From contig OY762654.1 of NCBI GenBank assembly GCA_963666205.1, positions 1-64,000 of the forward strand: DNA of 64,000 nt, given 5' to 3'. The stretch comes from Synergistales bacterium. Lineage in GTDB: Bacteria > Synergistota > Synergistia > Synergistales > JAFGMB01. A model generated the notes under the pieces. The model was not told the origin of the DNA. It did not search any database and saw only the letters and a list, made by a program, of their open reading frames with translations. How positions within the stretch are numbered: the first letter of the stretch is position 1; every line of letters starts with the position of its first letter. Made by a program: the position numbers and the translations under genes. Shown in pieces: positions 26,824-38,074 of this stretch.

Positions 26824-27033
26824 TTGGCCAAGAAGTTTCAGGTAATAGTAAATGGTAGCTGGTGCAAGGGTTGCAATCTATGTGTCCAGATCTGTCCTAA
26901 AAAAGTCCTTGAACTGAACGATAGACTCACGTCATATGCTGCTCGTCAGGACGACTGTATTGGTTGCAGGCAATGTGAGAATATTTGCCCGGACCTGGCA
27001 ATTACCGTTAAGGAGGACCAAAATAATGACTGA
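26824..27033 (+). CDS. 2-oxoacid:ferredoxin oxidoreductase delta subunit (ferredoxin)
   Basis: CKGCNLCVQICP and CIGCRQCENICPDLAI. Confidence 0.88.
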   Translation: MAKKFQVIVNGSWCKGCNLCVQICPKKVLELNDRLTSYAARQDDCIGCRQCENICPDLAITVKEDQNND

Positions 27034-28159
27034 TGTTGCTTTCTGGCAAGGGAACCAGGCTTTGGCTCAAGGTGCCCTTGCTGCCGGATGCACTTTTTTT
27101 GCTGGATATCCTATAACTCCCTCTACAGATGTTATGGAAGAAATGGCTAAGGAACTGCCTATTCGTGGAGGTAAGTTTATCCAGATGGAAGATGAAATTG
27201 CCAGTATGGCCGCGACCATCGGTGGATCAATTACAGGCAGAAAATCGATGACTGCCTCATCGGGTCCAGGTATATCTCTCAAACAGGAAAATCTTGGACT
27301 TGCCTATATGGCAGAGATCCCTCTTGTGCTTGTTAATGTTATGAGAGGAGGTCCATCTACAGGTGTTCCCACAAAAATAAGCCAGATGGACGTTATGCAG
27401 GCGAGGTGGGGAACTCATGGAGATCATGGAACTATTGCCTATTCCCCTTCTTCTGTTCAGGAATGTTTTGATATAGCCATTAAAGCCTTCAACGCGGCAG
27501 AGCGTTACCGTCAGCCTGTCTTGATTCTCAGTGATGAAGTTCTTGGGCATATGAGAGAAAAAGTGATTATACCCCCTGCGGGTTCATATGAGATAGTTGA
27601 AAGGAAAAGACCATGTACTGACAAATCTAAATTCATTCCATACCTTGCTGATCCAGAAGACGATATTCCTGCTCTGGCTTCTTTCGGAGACGGTTACAGG
27701 TGGCATGTCACCGGTCTGACCCATAATGATTTCGGTTTTCCCTCCGCAAAGGAGGATGAAGTGGAAAAAAATATTAAAAGGCTTGTTCGCAAGATAAACC
27801 GTTTCCGTGATGATATAGTCGAATATGAAACATTAGCAATAGATGATGCTGAGATCGTTGTCCTTTCCTTTGGTACTGTGGCCCGGTCAAGTATCAGGGC
27901 AGTTAATGAGGCGAGGAGGAGAGGGATTAAAGTGGGCCATTTCAGGCCTGTTACCCTTTGGCCCTTCCCAGATAAAGAGATATACCAGATAGCCAAGAAA
28001 TCAAAGACTATAATTGTTCCAGAACTTAACTGTGGACAAATGGTTCTTGAAGTTGAAAGGGCAGTTCATGGAAAAACAAAAGTTATTGGAAAAAGCCTTG
28101 TTAATGGCGAGCTTTTTACTCCAGATGAAATATTTAAATCTATTCAGGAGGTGGCTTAA
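27026..28159 (+). CDS. 2-oxoacid (2-oxoglutarate-type):ferredoxin oxidoreductase alpha subunit
   Basis: FFAGYPITP, QMEDEIAS, RGGPSTG.PT, PELNCGQ; start ATG 27026 after AGGAGG. Confidence 0.9.
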   Translation: MTDVAFWQGNQALAQGALAAGCTFFAGYPITPSTDVMEEMAKELPIRGGKFIQMEDEIASMAATIGGSITGRKSMTASSGPGISLKQENLGLAYMAEIPLVLVNVMRGGPSTGVPTKISQMDVMQARWGTHGDHGTIAYSPSSVQECFDIAIKAFNAAERYRQPVLILSDEVLGHMREKVIIPPAGSYEIVERKRPCTDKSKFIPYLADPEDDIPALASFGDGYRWHVTGLTHNDFGFPSAKEDEVEKNIKRLVRKINRFRDDIVEYETLAIDDAEIVVLSFGTVARSSIRAVNEARRRGIKVGHFRPVTLWPFPDKEIYQIAKKSKTIIVPELNCGQMVLEVERAVHGKTKVIGKSLVNGELFTPDEIFKSIQEVA

Positions 28160-28161
28160 AA

Positions 28162-28986
28162 ATGCCTAATCCCGAAGTACTGAAATGGCTAAGAACCCAG
28201 TTTTTCCCACATATGTGGTGTCCGGGATGTGGTCACGGGATTATTCTTCATGCGATGCTCAGAGCTTTTGTTGACCTTGATATGAAACCTGAGGAAACTG
28301 TCATTGCCTCTGGCATAGGCTGTTCCAGTAGAATGCCAGGATATATAAATGCGTGTACTGTCCATTCCACTCATGGTCGTTCCCTCGCATATGCGACAGG
28401 TATCAAGATGGCCAGACCTGAGCTGACGGTTGTCGACGTAATGGGTGATGGTGACTGTTCTGCTATTGGAGGTAACCATTTTATCCATGCATGTCGAAGA
28501 AATATTGACATTACAGCTATTGTTATGAATAACAATATTTATGGTATGACTGGGGGACAGGCGTCGCCTACTACTCCCCATGGAGCAATAGCCACAACTG
28601 CACCATATGGAGTTATAGATTCCTCTTTTGATTTATGCAGACTGGCTGAAGGGGCTGGGGCAACTTTTATCGCAAGGAGTACCATAGCTAATCCTAAACA
28701 GTGTGAAAAGTTGATTGTCGATGGCATAAAGCATAAAGGTTTTTCTGTTATAGAAATAATATCCAGCTGTCACACTCAGTTTGGTAGAAGGAATAAGTTC
28801 AGGACCCCCATTGATAACCTTAACAGAATCAAGGATGTTTCCGTTCCTTTTGCCAAAGCTCAGGGAATGTCGAAGGAAGAACTTGCAGGAAAATATGTTA
28901 CAGGTGAGTTTGTGAATATTCAGTCCCCTGAATATACTGAGCAGTATTTAAGATTGGTAGATAGGTTGAAGGGGGGATCCAAATGA
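28162..28986 (+). CDS. 2-oxoacid:ferredoxin oxidoreductase beta subunit (TPP-binding)
   Basis: WCPGCG, SGIGCS, GDGD..AIGGNH, NN.IYGMTGGQ.SPT. Confidence 0.92.
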   Translation: MPNPEVLKWLRTQFFPHMWCPGCGHGIILHAMLRAFVDLDMKPEETVIASGIGCSSRMPGYINACTVHSTHGRSLAYATGIKMARPELTVVDVMGDGDCSAIGGNHFIHACRRNIDITAIVMNNNIYGMTGGQASPTTPHGAIATTAPYGVIDSSFDLCRLAEGAGATFIARSTIANPKQCEKLIVDGIKHKGFSVIEIISSCHTQFGRRNKFRTPIDNLNRIKDVSVPFAKAQGMSKEELAGKYVTGEFVNIQSPEYTEQYLRLVDRLKGGSK

Positions 28987-29543
28987 ATAAACGTTATGAA
29001 ATCAGATTTGCAGGTTCGGGTGGTCAAGGCAATATACTTGCTGCAGTAATAACTGCAAGGGCAGCTGCATTGTTTGAAAAGGATCTTTATGTTGCCCAGA
29101 CCCAGTCATATGGGGCAGAAGCGAGAGGTGGAAAATCCCAGGCACAGGTGATCATTTCAACTGAACCCATCGACTATCCGGAGGTTATATCCCCTAATCT
29201 TCAGATAATCCTTACCCAGCAGGCCTGTGAATATCTTGGCGACACAATAATGGATGGACGTGTCATCTGTGATGACTACTATGTTAACACCCTCCCAAGA
29301 GTAGATGCCAATCTGTACTATTTACCAATTGTCAGAACAGCCAGAGAAAAGCTTGGAAGAGAAATAGTAACAAACATGGTTGCTCTTGGATGTGTCGCGC
29401 GAGTTCTGGAACTTGATGGTGTCCTTAATCCTGACTCAATAAAAAAAGCCCTTCTTCAAGCGGTCCCTAAAGGTACTGAAGATCTGAATATCCGAGCCTA
29501 CGAAGAAGGATACGGAATGTTTAAAAACAGTCAACATCTTTAA
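28983..29543 (+). CDS. 2-oxoacid:ferredoxin oxidoreductase gamma subunit
   Basis: GSGGQG, QSYGAEARGG.S, NMVALG. Confidence 0.92.
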   Translation: MNKRYEIRFAGSGGQGNILAAVITARAAALFEKDLYVAQTQSYGAEARGGKSQAQVIISTEPIDYPEVISPNLQIILTQQACEYLGDTIMDGRVICDDYYVNTLPRVDANLYYLPIVRTAREKLGREIVTNMVALGCVARVLELDGVLNPDSIKKALLQAVPKGTEDLNIRAYEEGYGMFKNSQHL

Positions 29544-29566
29544 ATCGTTGGGGATGGTATTATATA

Positions 29567-29603
29567 GATAGGGGGAGAGGCTTTCAGCTTTCTCCCCCTT
29601 ATC
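29567..29603 (+). terminator. Stem-loop after the oxidoreductase operon
   Basis: GATAGGGGGAGAGG...CTTTCTCCCCCTTATC. Confidence 0.65.
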
Positions 29604-29627
29604 TTTAGCTGGGCCTGGGGTTCTGAA

Positions 29628-31055
29628 ATGGCCAATTTGTCAGGAGTAGTTAATTTGGATATAAAAACTGGTGATACTATAACATTGAGGATTGAAAAAA
29701 TAAGTAGCGATGGTAGCGGTATTGCAAGAAACAATGAAGGATTTGTTTTTTTTGTCCCTTTTGCTCTACCTGGCGAAACGGTAGAGACTAAGATAATCAT
29801 ATTAAAGAAGAACTATGGTCTGACTCAGTTGATATCTATCCTGGAAAAGAGTCATGAGAGGGTACCACCCCTTTGTAAATGGTTTGGGAAATGCGGTGGT
29901 TGTCAACTCCAGCATTCTTCCTACCCATATCAGTTGAAAATCAAAACAGATCTTGTTAGAGAGGCCCTGGCAAAAATTGCCCATGTAATACCTGAAACTC
30001 CTATTCCTGAGTGTGTCCCCAGTCCGCTGGTATGGAACTACAGAAACAAGGCCTCATTTCCAGTACGAAAGACAATAACAGGAACAGAGACAGGTTTCTT
30101 TATCAAAGGTACTCATGAAGTTGTACCTGTTGATACCTGCCCTGTAAACGACAGGGACATTGATTTGCTGTATTCAGCAGTATCTGAAGCTCTTCCATCC
30201 ATGGGTCTTCATGGATACACAGAAACATCTCATGGAGGCATGGTGCGCCATATTATTATAAGAAAGGGTATTGTTTCATCTGAATTATTGCTCTCACTTG
30301 TGTTAAAAAAAAGACCCAATAGAGCTCAACTGAAAACTATAAGAGATCTGGCAAATTCACTCAAAGCTGGAATTCCTTCCCTTGTGGGGGTAACCTGTAA
30401 TATTAATTCCCGTAGAGGCAATGTGATTCTGGGGGAGGAAACATTGCTTGTTTCAGGGAGGGAAAGTCTCTCAGAGAATCTTGCAGGTCTTTCCTTCCGG
30501 TATACTTCGACTGCTTTTTTTCAAATCAATACTTTTCAGGCTGAGAACCTGTTCTCCTACTCATGTGACGAGGCTTTGGTCAACGATACTGATTCCGTAC
30601 TGGAACTTTATAGCGGAGTTGGAGTATTAACATCAATGCTGGCTTCAAGAGCACGGCATGTTACTGCAGTAGAGGAATGGTCTTCTTCGGTTGAAAGTAT
30701 GAAACAGAATCTTTTCAGGAATTCGCTCGCAAATGTGAGTGTAGTTCAAGGGAAAGTTGAGGAAGTAACAGACAAACTGAAAGATCAGAAGCATGATATT
30801 GTTGTTCTTGATCCCCCAAGATCAGGATGTGCTGAAGAGGTTATTGATCTCATTAAAGAACTTAAACCCTCACGCATCATATATATCTCCTGTAATCCAT
30901 CAACCCTTGCCAGAGATATATCCAGACTTTTTTCCTCAGGCAATTATACTCTCCAAAAGGCGAAACCCTTTGATATGTTTCCCCATACATTCCATGTGGA
31001 AACTGTCGCAACTATATGCAGAAATTCTCTGACATCAATAAATATTGCTGAATGA
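29628..31055 (+). CDS. rlmD: 23S rRNA (uracil-C5)-methyltransferase
   Basis: TRAM domain, CGGCQLQH, YRNK, AFFQIN, LDPPRSG, YISCNPSTLARD, DMFPHT.HVE. Confidence 0.92.
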   Translation: MANLSGVVNLDIKTGDTITLRIEKISSDGSGIARNNEGFVFFVPFALPGETVETKIIILKKNYGLTQLISILEKSHERVPPLCKWFGKCGGCQLQHSSYPYQLKIKTDLVREALAKIAHVIPETPIPECVPSPLVWNYRNKASFPVRKTITGTETGFFIKGTHEVVPVDTCPVNDRDIDLLYSAVSEALPSMGLHGYTETSHGGMVRHIIIRKGIVSSELLLSLVLKKRPNRAQLKTIRDLANSLKAGIPSLVGVTCNINSRRGNVILGEETLLVSGRESLSENLAGLSFRYTSTAFFQINTFQAENLFSYSCDEALVNDTDSVLELYSGVGVLTSMLASRARHVTAVEEWSSSVESMKQNLFRNSLANVSVVQGKVEEVTDKLKDQKHDIVVLDPPRSGCAEEVIDLIKELKPSRIIYISCNPSTLARDISRLFSSGNYTLQKAKPFDMFPHTFHVETVATICRNSLTSINIAE

Positions 31056-31098
31056 TATTGCAAATATGTTGAATCGTATAATATAATGACCGGGCAGC

Positions 31099-31174
31099 GC
31101 GGACATAGCTCAGCTGGTAGAGCATTAGCTTCCCAAGCTAAGGGTCGCGGGTTCGAATCCCGTTGTCCGCTCCA
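31099..31174 (+). tRNA. tRNA-Gly (CCC)
   Basis: GCGGACA/TGTCCGC acceptor stem, TTAGC-TTCCCAA-GCTAA anticodon arm, TTCGAAT T-loop, encoded CCA. Confidence 0.96.
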
Positions 31175-31182
31175 ATGTTTAC

Positions 31183-31209
31183 AACTGAGGCCTATTCGGC
31201 CTCAGTTTT
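31183..31209 (+). terminator. Terminator after tRNA-Gly
   Basis: AACTGAGGCC-TATTC-GGCCTCAGTTTT. Confidence 0.85.
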
Positions 31210-31342
31210 ATATGTCCTTTTAATATTCCGAGATAAAGTTATCACTAATCATTCAGAAAATTTGACAGTCCATGTATACCAGATGTCTAAAATATTATGC
31301 CTTTTTATATCTTTTTTTTGAATGTTAAACAATTTGTTAAGT

Positions 31343-31371
31343 TTGACACAAATTTTTATGGGTATTAGAAT
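31343..31371 (+). promoter_or_regulatory. sigma70 promoter of the V/A-ATPase operon
   Basis: TTGACA-17 nt-TAGAAT. Confidence 0.7.
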
Positions 31372-31439
31372 AGTTCAGGCTTTTTTCAGAAATCATGTAT
31401 AACCAAACAATCTTGTCACTGTGGAAGGGGGTGGAGCTA

Positions 31440-31766
31440 ATGGCAAACGGAATTGCGGAAGAGATCAAAGCGGTTGAAACAGAAGCAAAGAAGATTTTAA
31501 AGGATGCCAAGAGCGAAGCAGCCCGCATGATCGCAGAAGCACGTAATGAAGCGGAAAAGCGTGGAAAAGAATCCAAACAAAAGGCTTACCGACTTTACAA
31601 AGAACAGCTTTCTGCCGTTGAAAAGCAGGCTGGAGAAGAAGCCGAAAAGATAGTGGAAGAGGGCATGGCAAAAGCAAAGTCCTTTAAGAATAGCCATCAG
31701 GGGCAAATTAAAGGAACAGCTACCTGGATTGCGGGAGAGGTGATGGCTAAGTATGGCCGTGGCTAG
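31440..31766 (+). CDS. V/A-type ATPase subunit G/H (peripheral stalk)
   Basis: Ala/Glu/Lys-rich coiled coil, first gene of the operon; ATG 31440. Confidence 0.8.
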   Translation: MANGIAEEIKAVETEAKKILKDAKSEAARMIAEARNEAEKRGKESKQKAYRLYKEQLSAVEKQAGEEAEKIVEEGMAKAKSFKNSHQGQIKGTATWIAGEVMAKYGRG

Positions 31767-33762
31767 GATTAATAAACTGGAACTGTATGTACACAAATCA
31801 ATAGTGGATGGTGTACTTGCTTCTCTTCAGCGAACGGGATCATGTGAAATAATAGGAAGAAAAGAGGATGAGGGTTCTGTTAATCCCTCCATGGGGAAAA
31901 TACAGGAGCTTGATGGTTATTTAAGTGAAGCCAGATTCCTCCTTCGATTCCTTGAACCTTACTATGTTGATGATGTAAGTTCCATAGCAAGGGCTTTAGG
32001 AGACAAACCTGAAGCGACTTTAAGGGAGCTTTCATCCCTTGCTGAACGAACAGATATCAGTTCTCTGGCTGAAAAGATGCGGAAACTTGAGCGCAGACTC
32101 GTGGAGATCCGATCTGAATTATCCCAGATTGAATCTCTTAGGACCATGCTATCCAACCTTAGCGGTTTTCCCTATCCTCTGGAGCTCCTTTCAAGAGGTA
32201 CTGACACAACCAAGGGATTTCTAGGCACTATCCCGATCGATCAAGTTGAAAACTGGAAAGTTGCTATTGAAACAGAACTTGGAGAAAACGCTGAGGTCTA
32301 TGTTGGTGGTTATGGAGAAAAAGATAAAGAAGCCTGGGTATCTCTCTTCTATCTAAGAGAATTAGAGTCTCAGGCTTTTGACATAAGTTCCAAACATAAT
32401 CTTTCCAAAATTGATGTACCTCTGGATCTAATAGATTCGGTTCATAGAGAAACATCAAAACTCGATAGTCAGACTGTAAAGCTTTTAAAGGAAGAAAAGG
32501 TCCTACATTCGCGGGCGCGGGCGGCTGCCCAGAAATATGTATCCAATACTCGTTCCCTAAGTGATTACTGGAGCATTCTCAGATCAAGAACTGAAGTTCT
32601 AGATTCCGGGGAGTATACAGAACAGATAGTTCTGCTTAGAGCCTGGGTGCCTAGCGATTCAGTAGAGATGATGAAAAAAGAGCTTTTGCAATATGAAGAA
32701 CTCGTTGAAATAGTTCTTTCAGAACCGACAGAAATGGATGAGCCTCCCTGTCTTCTGGAAAATCCAAAATGGGCTATGCCATTTGAAACCTTGACTAAAC
32801 TTTATGGATCCCCTAAATATGGTGCTATTGATCCTACACCGTTGCTGGCCCCATTCTTCTTCATCTTCTTTGGAATGTGTCTTGGAGATGGAGGATATGG
32901 TTTGATAATGTTGGGTTTCTTTGCGTTCTTTCTCAGGAAATTCAAAAAGATGCCATCTGGAACCAGGCAGTTCTTTACACTTTTCGTCCTTTCAGGTTCT
33001 GCTGCTATCATTGTAGGAGCGTTGACTGGAAGCTGGTTTGGTGACATGATCGATGCCTTCCCTTTCCTGAATTTCCTGAAGGCCATTAAGGATGTGCCAA
33101 TTGTCCTGAATCCAATGAATGATCCAATGACATTCCTTGCTATTTCCCTGGCTTTCGGAGTTGTCCAGATCTTATTTGGCCTCCTTGTTGCCTTTTATGA
33201 TTGTCTTAGAAGGAAGGACTATATTGGAGCAATAGGAGATCAGGGTGGATGGCTTCTCCTGCTGGTTGGTCTTCTCCTTATTGGAGGTACTGTAAGTGGA
33301 AGACTTCCTTCCAGTGTTTCTCTTTTGGGTAAAGTGCTCTCCGCTGCCGGTGCTATCATTCTGGTTGCTACGCAGGGCAGAGAAAAAGAAGGGATTGTCC
33401 AGAAGGCAATTTCCGGTGTGTTAAGTCTCTACAACATTACTGCCTATCTTGGTGATGTTTTGAGTTACAGCAGGCTCCTGGCTTTAGGTCTTGCTACATC
33501 AGCTATCGCAATGATCATCAATATGCTTTCAACCCTTGCAGGAGGGATCCCCTATGTCGGATGGGTTATAGGGATCGTTCTATGTTTAGGAGGACACCTG
33601 TTCAGCGTTGCTGTAAATGTATTAGGTGCCTTTGTTCACTCTTTAAGACTTCAGTATGTCGAATTCTTCAGCAAATTCTACACGGGTGGAGGAAAGTTAT
33701 TTGCACCTCTGAATTACAGCACGAGTTTCATTAATATTTCAGAAACATCAAAAGACTCTTAA
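31753..33762 (+). CDS. ntpI: V/A-type ATPase subunit I
   Basis: P.Y..IDPT, FFGMCLGDGGYG, DVLSYSRLLALGL, HSLRLQYVEFFSKFY. Confidence 0.93.
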   Translation: MAVARINKLELYVHKSIVDGVLASLQRTGSCEIIGRKEDEGSVNPSMGKIQELDGYLSEARFLLRFLEPYYVDDVSSIARALGDKPEATLRELSSLAERTDISSLAEKMRKLERRLVEIRSELSQIESLRTMLSNLSGFPYPLELLSRGTDTTKGFLGTIPIDQVENWKVAIETELGENAEVYVGGYGEKDKEAWVSLFYLRELESQAFDISSKHNLSKIDVPLDLIDSVHRETSKLDSQTVKLLKEEKVLHSRARAAAQKYVSNTRSLSDYWSILRSRTEVLDSGEYTEQIVLLRAWVPSDSVEMMKKELLQYEELVEIVLSEPTEMDEPPCLLENPKWAMPFETLTKLYGSPKYGAIDPTPLLAPFFFIFFGMCLGDGGYGLIMLGFFAFFLRKFKKMPSGTRQFFTLFVLSGSAAIIVGALTGSWFGDMIDAFPFLNFLKAIKDVPIVLNPMNDPMTFLAISLAFGVVQILFGLLVAFYDCLRRKDYIGAIGDQGGWLLLLVGLLLIGGTVSGRLPSSVSLLGKVLSAAGAIILVATQGREKEGIVQKAISGVLSLYNITAYLGDVLSYSRLLALGLATSAIAMIINMLSTLAGGIPYVGWVIGIVLCLGGHLFSVAVNVLGAFVHSLRLQYVEFFSKFYTGGGKLFAPLNYSTSFINISETSKDS

Positions 33763-34293
<531 letters not shown>

Positions 34294-34312
34294 CCTTTAA
34301 GGGGTGAATCTA

Positions 34313-34894
34313 ATGTCTTTAGCGGATATCAAAAACAAGATTGCAACTGACGCGAAACAAGAATCTGAATTGATAATTCAGAAAGCTCAGGAGCAGATAG
34401 ATGAAATACGAACCAAAAGCGATGCAGAAATCTTATCGCTTGAGGAATCCTATCATGGCAGATTCAAAAAAGAAGAACCCGAAATCCTTAACAGGAGGGA
34501 GATCGTCGCTAAACTGGATGTTAAAAAGTTAGAACTTGATGCCAAACAGCAGCTGATAACAATGGCTTTTAACGAGGCAGTCAAGGCTCTATCAAATCTT
34601 CCAAAGGATAAATACCTTGGTTTCATTAAGGTCCTTCTTGAAGAATCTGTTGAAACTGGTAAGGAAATTGTGTTTCTTTCTGAAAAAGAGAAAAACTTTA
34701 CCAAAGCCTGGTTGGATGCATATAACGAAGAACATAAAACCAGTCTGACCATTTCAAAGGAAAAAGTCTCAATCTCTGGAGGATTTATTCTTCAGAACGA
34801 GGATATCGATACGAATTGTTCTTTCGATATGCTGGTCAGCTGGAATCGTGAAGATCTCGAGGCAGACGTTGTTAAACGGCTGTTCTCTGCGTAG
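34313..34894 (+). CDS. ntpE: V/A-type ATPase subunit E
   Basis: Coiled-coil N-terminus, ISGGFIL..NCSF; operon position. Confidence 0.88.
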   Translation: MSLADIKNKIATDAKQESELIIQKAQEQIDEIRTKSDAEILSLEESYHGRFKKEEPEILNRREIVAKLDVKKLELDAKQQLITMAFNEAVKALSNLPKDKYLGFIKVLLEESVETGKEIVFLSEKEKNFTKAWLDAYNEEHKTSLTISKEKVSISGGFILQNEDIDTNCSFDMLVSWNREDLEADVVKRLFSA

Positions 34895-34909
34895 TTGGGA
34901 GGTGGCAGC

Positions 34910-35920
34910 ATGGTCCCGGCAGAGCGTTATGGATATACTGTAGCACGCCTGCGGGCGATGGAGAACAGGATCCTAGATGATAGCGTGCTGCAGAGGTTGG
35001 TTGAAAGTGACGATCTTGAAAGTGCTATGAAGATCCTTGGAGAAACTCCCTATTCTTCCTGGCTGGTTGAACTTAAGTCGAACTCGGAATTTGACAAGGC
35101 CATTGAACTGGAACTGGGGTTTGTTTATTCAGAGATAGCAAAGTTTGTCCCTGATACTAGGCTTGTTGACATCTGCAGAATTCCTTACGATTTCCACAAC
35201 GTTAAAGTCTTGCTCAAAAGCCATATCCTTCAGCGAGATGGAGGAGACAGGCGTTTTGATCTCCTTACTACATTAGGCAAGATCCCAACAGATGATCTTA
35301 TCCTGGCCATCGAAAGCGAAGACTATCGTTTGTTGCCTTTTGGATTACACTCTGCTTTTCCAAGAAGCCTTGCCATGTGGGAACAGTCCCACGACATCCT
35401 TGAGGTTGAGAAATCTCTCGATAGCCTTCTCTTCGGGGAAATGAGAAAGCTCGCCAGAGAAATCAATGTAGATGCGGTCGATAAATGGTTGAAAGGCAGG
35501 ATTGATGCCGAAAACCTGAGAAATATCCTGCGTCTTAAGAGGATGGAAGTAGATCCTGCCGTAATAGCGTCATTCCTTCATGATGGTGGTTGGGTCTCTA
35601 TTGAAAGGCTTGTGTCTTTGCTTGGAGAACCAATTGAAGGCTGGGGAAGGGTGCTTTCCTTTGCTGATATCGGAGGGGTTCTTCTGCATGCACAGGAAAG
35701 TCTAGATCTCAGTTCTCTGATCGTAGAAATGGAAAAAGTCCTTGATGAATACACTACCGGGATTCTTTACAAGGCTAAATATGGTGCATTTTCTCCTGAA
35801 AATGTTCTTTATTATATATGGTCGAAGGAAATGGAATCCAAAAACCTGAGGATGATCCTTGTGGCTATAGCCAATGATACGGACAGAGACATGGTAAGGG
35901 GGTTGATGCGCCGTGCCTAA
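34910..35920 (+). CDS. ntpC: V/A-type ATPase subunit C
   Basis: Y..ARLRAME, YDFHNVKVLLK, KE.E.KNLR; operon position. Confidence 0.9.
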   Translation: MVPAERYGYTVARLRAMENRILDDSVLQRLVESDDLESAMKILGETPYSSWLVELKSNSEFDKAIELELGFVYSEIAKFVPDTRLVDICRIPYDFHNVKVLLKSHILQRDGGDRRFDLLTTLGKIPTDDLILAIESEDYRLLPFGLHSAFPRSLAMWEQSHDILEVEKSLDSLLFGEMRKLAREINVDAVDKWLKGRIDAENLRNILRLKRMEVDPAVIASFLHDGGWVSIERLVSLLGEPIEGWGRVLSFADIGGVLLHAQESLDLSSLIVEMEKVLDEYTTGILYKAKYGAFSPENVLYYIWSKEMESKNLRMILVAIANDTDRDMVRGLMRRA

Positions 35921-36254
35921 AAGTGAAGCGTACCAGCCAATGGCAGCAATAGGAGAATATGAAACTGTTTTGCCATTTCAGGCGGTAGGCGTAAGGCCTT
36001 TCATTGTGGATGAGGAAAGCTTATCAGGTTTTCCAGAGCTTCTTCTTAACCTCACAAAACAAAATTACGCAGTTATATTTATCCAGGAAAAACTTTTTAT
36101 TGAATTTTCCACTCATGTTAATGAGATTAATGAGAAGTATTCCGTAAGCGTTATCCCCATCCCTGGACTCAAAGGTTCTATGGGTACGGGGTTGGAATCC
36201 ATCAAGACCAGTGTAGAGCGTGCTGTCGGTATGGATATCTTTTCGGTGAACTAG
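35913..36254 (+). CDS. ntpF: V/A-type ATPase subunit F
   Basis: AAIG..ETVL.F.AVG, IPIPG, VERAVG.DI. Confidence 0.9.
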   Translation: MPKSEAYQPMAAIGEYETVLPFQAVGVRPFIVDEESLSGFPELLLNLTKQNYAVIFIQEKLFIEFSTHVNEINEKYSVSVIPIPGLKGSMGTGLESIKTSVERAVGMDIFSVN

Positions 36255-36280
36255 AAATTTGAGGCTGGAGGCGATAGATT

Positions 36281-38074
36281 GTGGCCACGGGAAAAGTTAT
36301 AAAAGGATATATTGAAAGAATATCCGGACCGCTGGTTGTCGCAAAGGGAATGCTGGGTGCCAGTATGTATGATGTTGTTCGCATAGGCGAACTGGGTCTG
36401 GTCGGTGAAATCATCGAACTGAAAGAAGATGCAGCATCGATCCAGGCCTATGAAGAAACTTCTGGCCTCATGCCAGGAGAAGTAGTCATAAGTACTGGTG
36501 CTCCCCTGAGTGTAGAACTTGGTCCGGGTTTGATAGAACATTTCTATGATGGTATTCAGCGTCCATTGAACCTTATAGAAGAAGAAGCGAAGAGCCCTTT
36601 CATTTCAAGGGGTATTAATGTCCCTGCTATTGACAGAGAAAAGAAATGGACCTTCGAATCCAAAGTAAAACCAGGCGATAAGGTAGTACCGGGTGATGTC
36701 ATTGGTACCGTACAGGAAACGGTTCTGGTTCAACATATGATCATGGTACCCATTGGAGTAGAAGGAACAGTCAAGGAGATCAAATCTGGAGACTTTACTG
36801 TTGAAGAAACGATCGCTATCGTCGATGACGGAAAAAATAAACACGATATCAGGATGCTTCAGAAATGGCCAGTCAGAAAAGCCAGACCGGTTGCCAGGCG
36901 CTTGCCACCTGTAACTCCTCTTACAACCGGACAGCGGGTTGTTGATGCCTTTTTCCCAATAGCTATGGGTGGTACAGCCTGTGTCCCTGGCCCTTTTGGG
37001 TCCGGTAAGACGGTTATCCAGCACCAGCTTGCAAAATGGGCTCAGGCTGAAATAGTTGTCTATGTAGGTTGTGGTGAACGGGGTAACGAAATGACCGACG
37101 TTCTCATTGAATTCCCTGAACTCGAGGACCCAAGATCGGGACAGCCACTTATGAAAAGAACAGTTCTTATAGCAAACACTTCGAATATGCCGGTTGCTGC
37201 CCGTGAAGCAAGTATATATACCGCCATAACTATGGCTGAATATTACCGTGATATGGGATATTCTGTCGCATTGATGGCAGACTCGACAAGCCGTTGGGCT
37301 GAAGCTCTGCGTGAAATGTCAGGACGTCTTGAGGAAATGCCCGGAGAAGAAGGCTATCCGGCATATCTTGGCACCCGCCTTGCTTCTTTCTACGAAAGGG
37401 CTGGTCGATCTATCTGTCTTGGATCTGAACAGCGAGAGGGATCTGTGTCGGCCATCGGAGCTGTTTCTCCTCCTGGTGGAGACCTTTCTGAGCCAGTAAC
37501 CCAGAACACCCTCCGAGTTACCAAAGTCTTCTGGGGACTTGATGCCAACCTTGCCTATCAGAGACATTTCCCAGCCATAAACTGGCTTAACAGTTATTCA
37601 CTTTACACAGAAAAACTTGATGAATATTGGGATGAAAAATTCGATGACGAATGGAGTAATCTCAGAATAACTGCTATGACCCTTCTTGAAGAAGAAGATA
37701 AGCTCAAGGAGATAGTTCGCCTTGTCGGAATAGATGCACTTTCCAAGGATGAACGAATGGTAATGGAAACAGCCAAGTCTCTGAGAGAAGATTTTCTTCA
37801 TCAGAATGCTTTCCATGAGATAGATACATATGCCTCAATGGAAAAACAGTTCAAGATGCTTCGAATTATCATCAGGTTCCATGAGCTAGGTATGGATGCT
37901 CTTAATAGAGGAGCATCCATGAACGAAGTGTTTAATCTTACTGTCAGGGAAAAAATCGCAAGGATGCGTTATTCTGATGAGAAAGATATTGACCAGATTG
38001 ATCTTATTGAGGACGAGATCAAATCTGAAATCGGCAGTACAATGCCAGTAGGGGGCGATATAGATGTTGCCTAA
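36281..38074 (+). CDS. ntpA: V/A-type ATPase subunit A (catalytic)
   Basis: Walker [37 protein letters not shown]. Confidence 0.96.
   Translation: MATGKVIKGYIERISGPLVVAKGMLGASMYDVVRIGELGLVGEIIELKEDAASIQAYEETSGLMPGEVVISTGAPLSVELGPGLIEHFYDGIQRPLNLIEEEAKSPFISRGINVPAIDREKKWTFESKVKPGDKVVPGDVIGTVQETVLVQHMIMVPIGVEGTVKEIKSGDFTVEETIAIVDDGKNKHDIRMLQKWPVRKARPVARRLPPVTPLTTGQRVVDAFFPIAMGGTACVPGPFGSGKTVIQHQLAKWAQAEIVVYVGCGERGNEMTDVLIEFPELEDPRSGQPLMKRTVLIANTSNMPVAAREASIYTAITMAEYYRDMGYSVALMADSTSRWAEALREMSGRLEEMPGEEGYPAYLGTRLASFYERAGRSICLGSEQREGSVSAIGAVSPPGGDLSEPVTQNTLRVTKVFWGLDANLAYQRHFPAINWLNSYSLYTEKLDEYWDEKFDDEWSNLRITAMTLLEEEDKLKEIVRLVGIDALSKDERMVMETAKSLREDFLHQNAFHEIDTYASMEKQFKMLRIIIRFHELGMDALNRGASMNEVFNLTVREKIARMRYSDEKDIDQIDLIEDEIKSEIGSTMPVGGDIDVA

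Noticed and set aside
23099-31174. tRNA-anchored integrative element between tRNA-Val and tRNA-Gly
   Set aside because: No integrase and no duplicated tRNA 3' end were seen, and the intervening genes are housekeeping.
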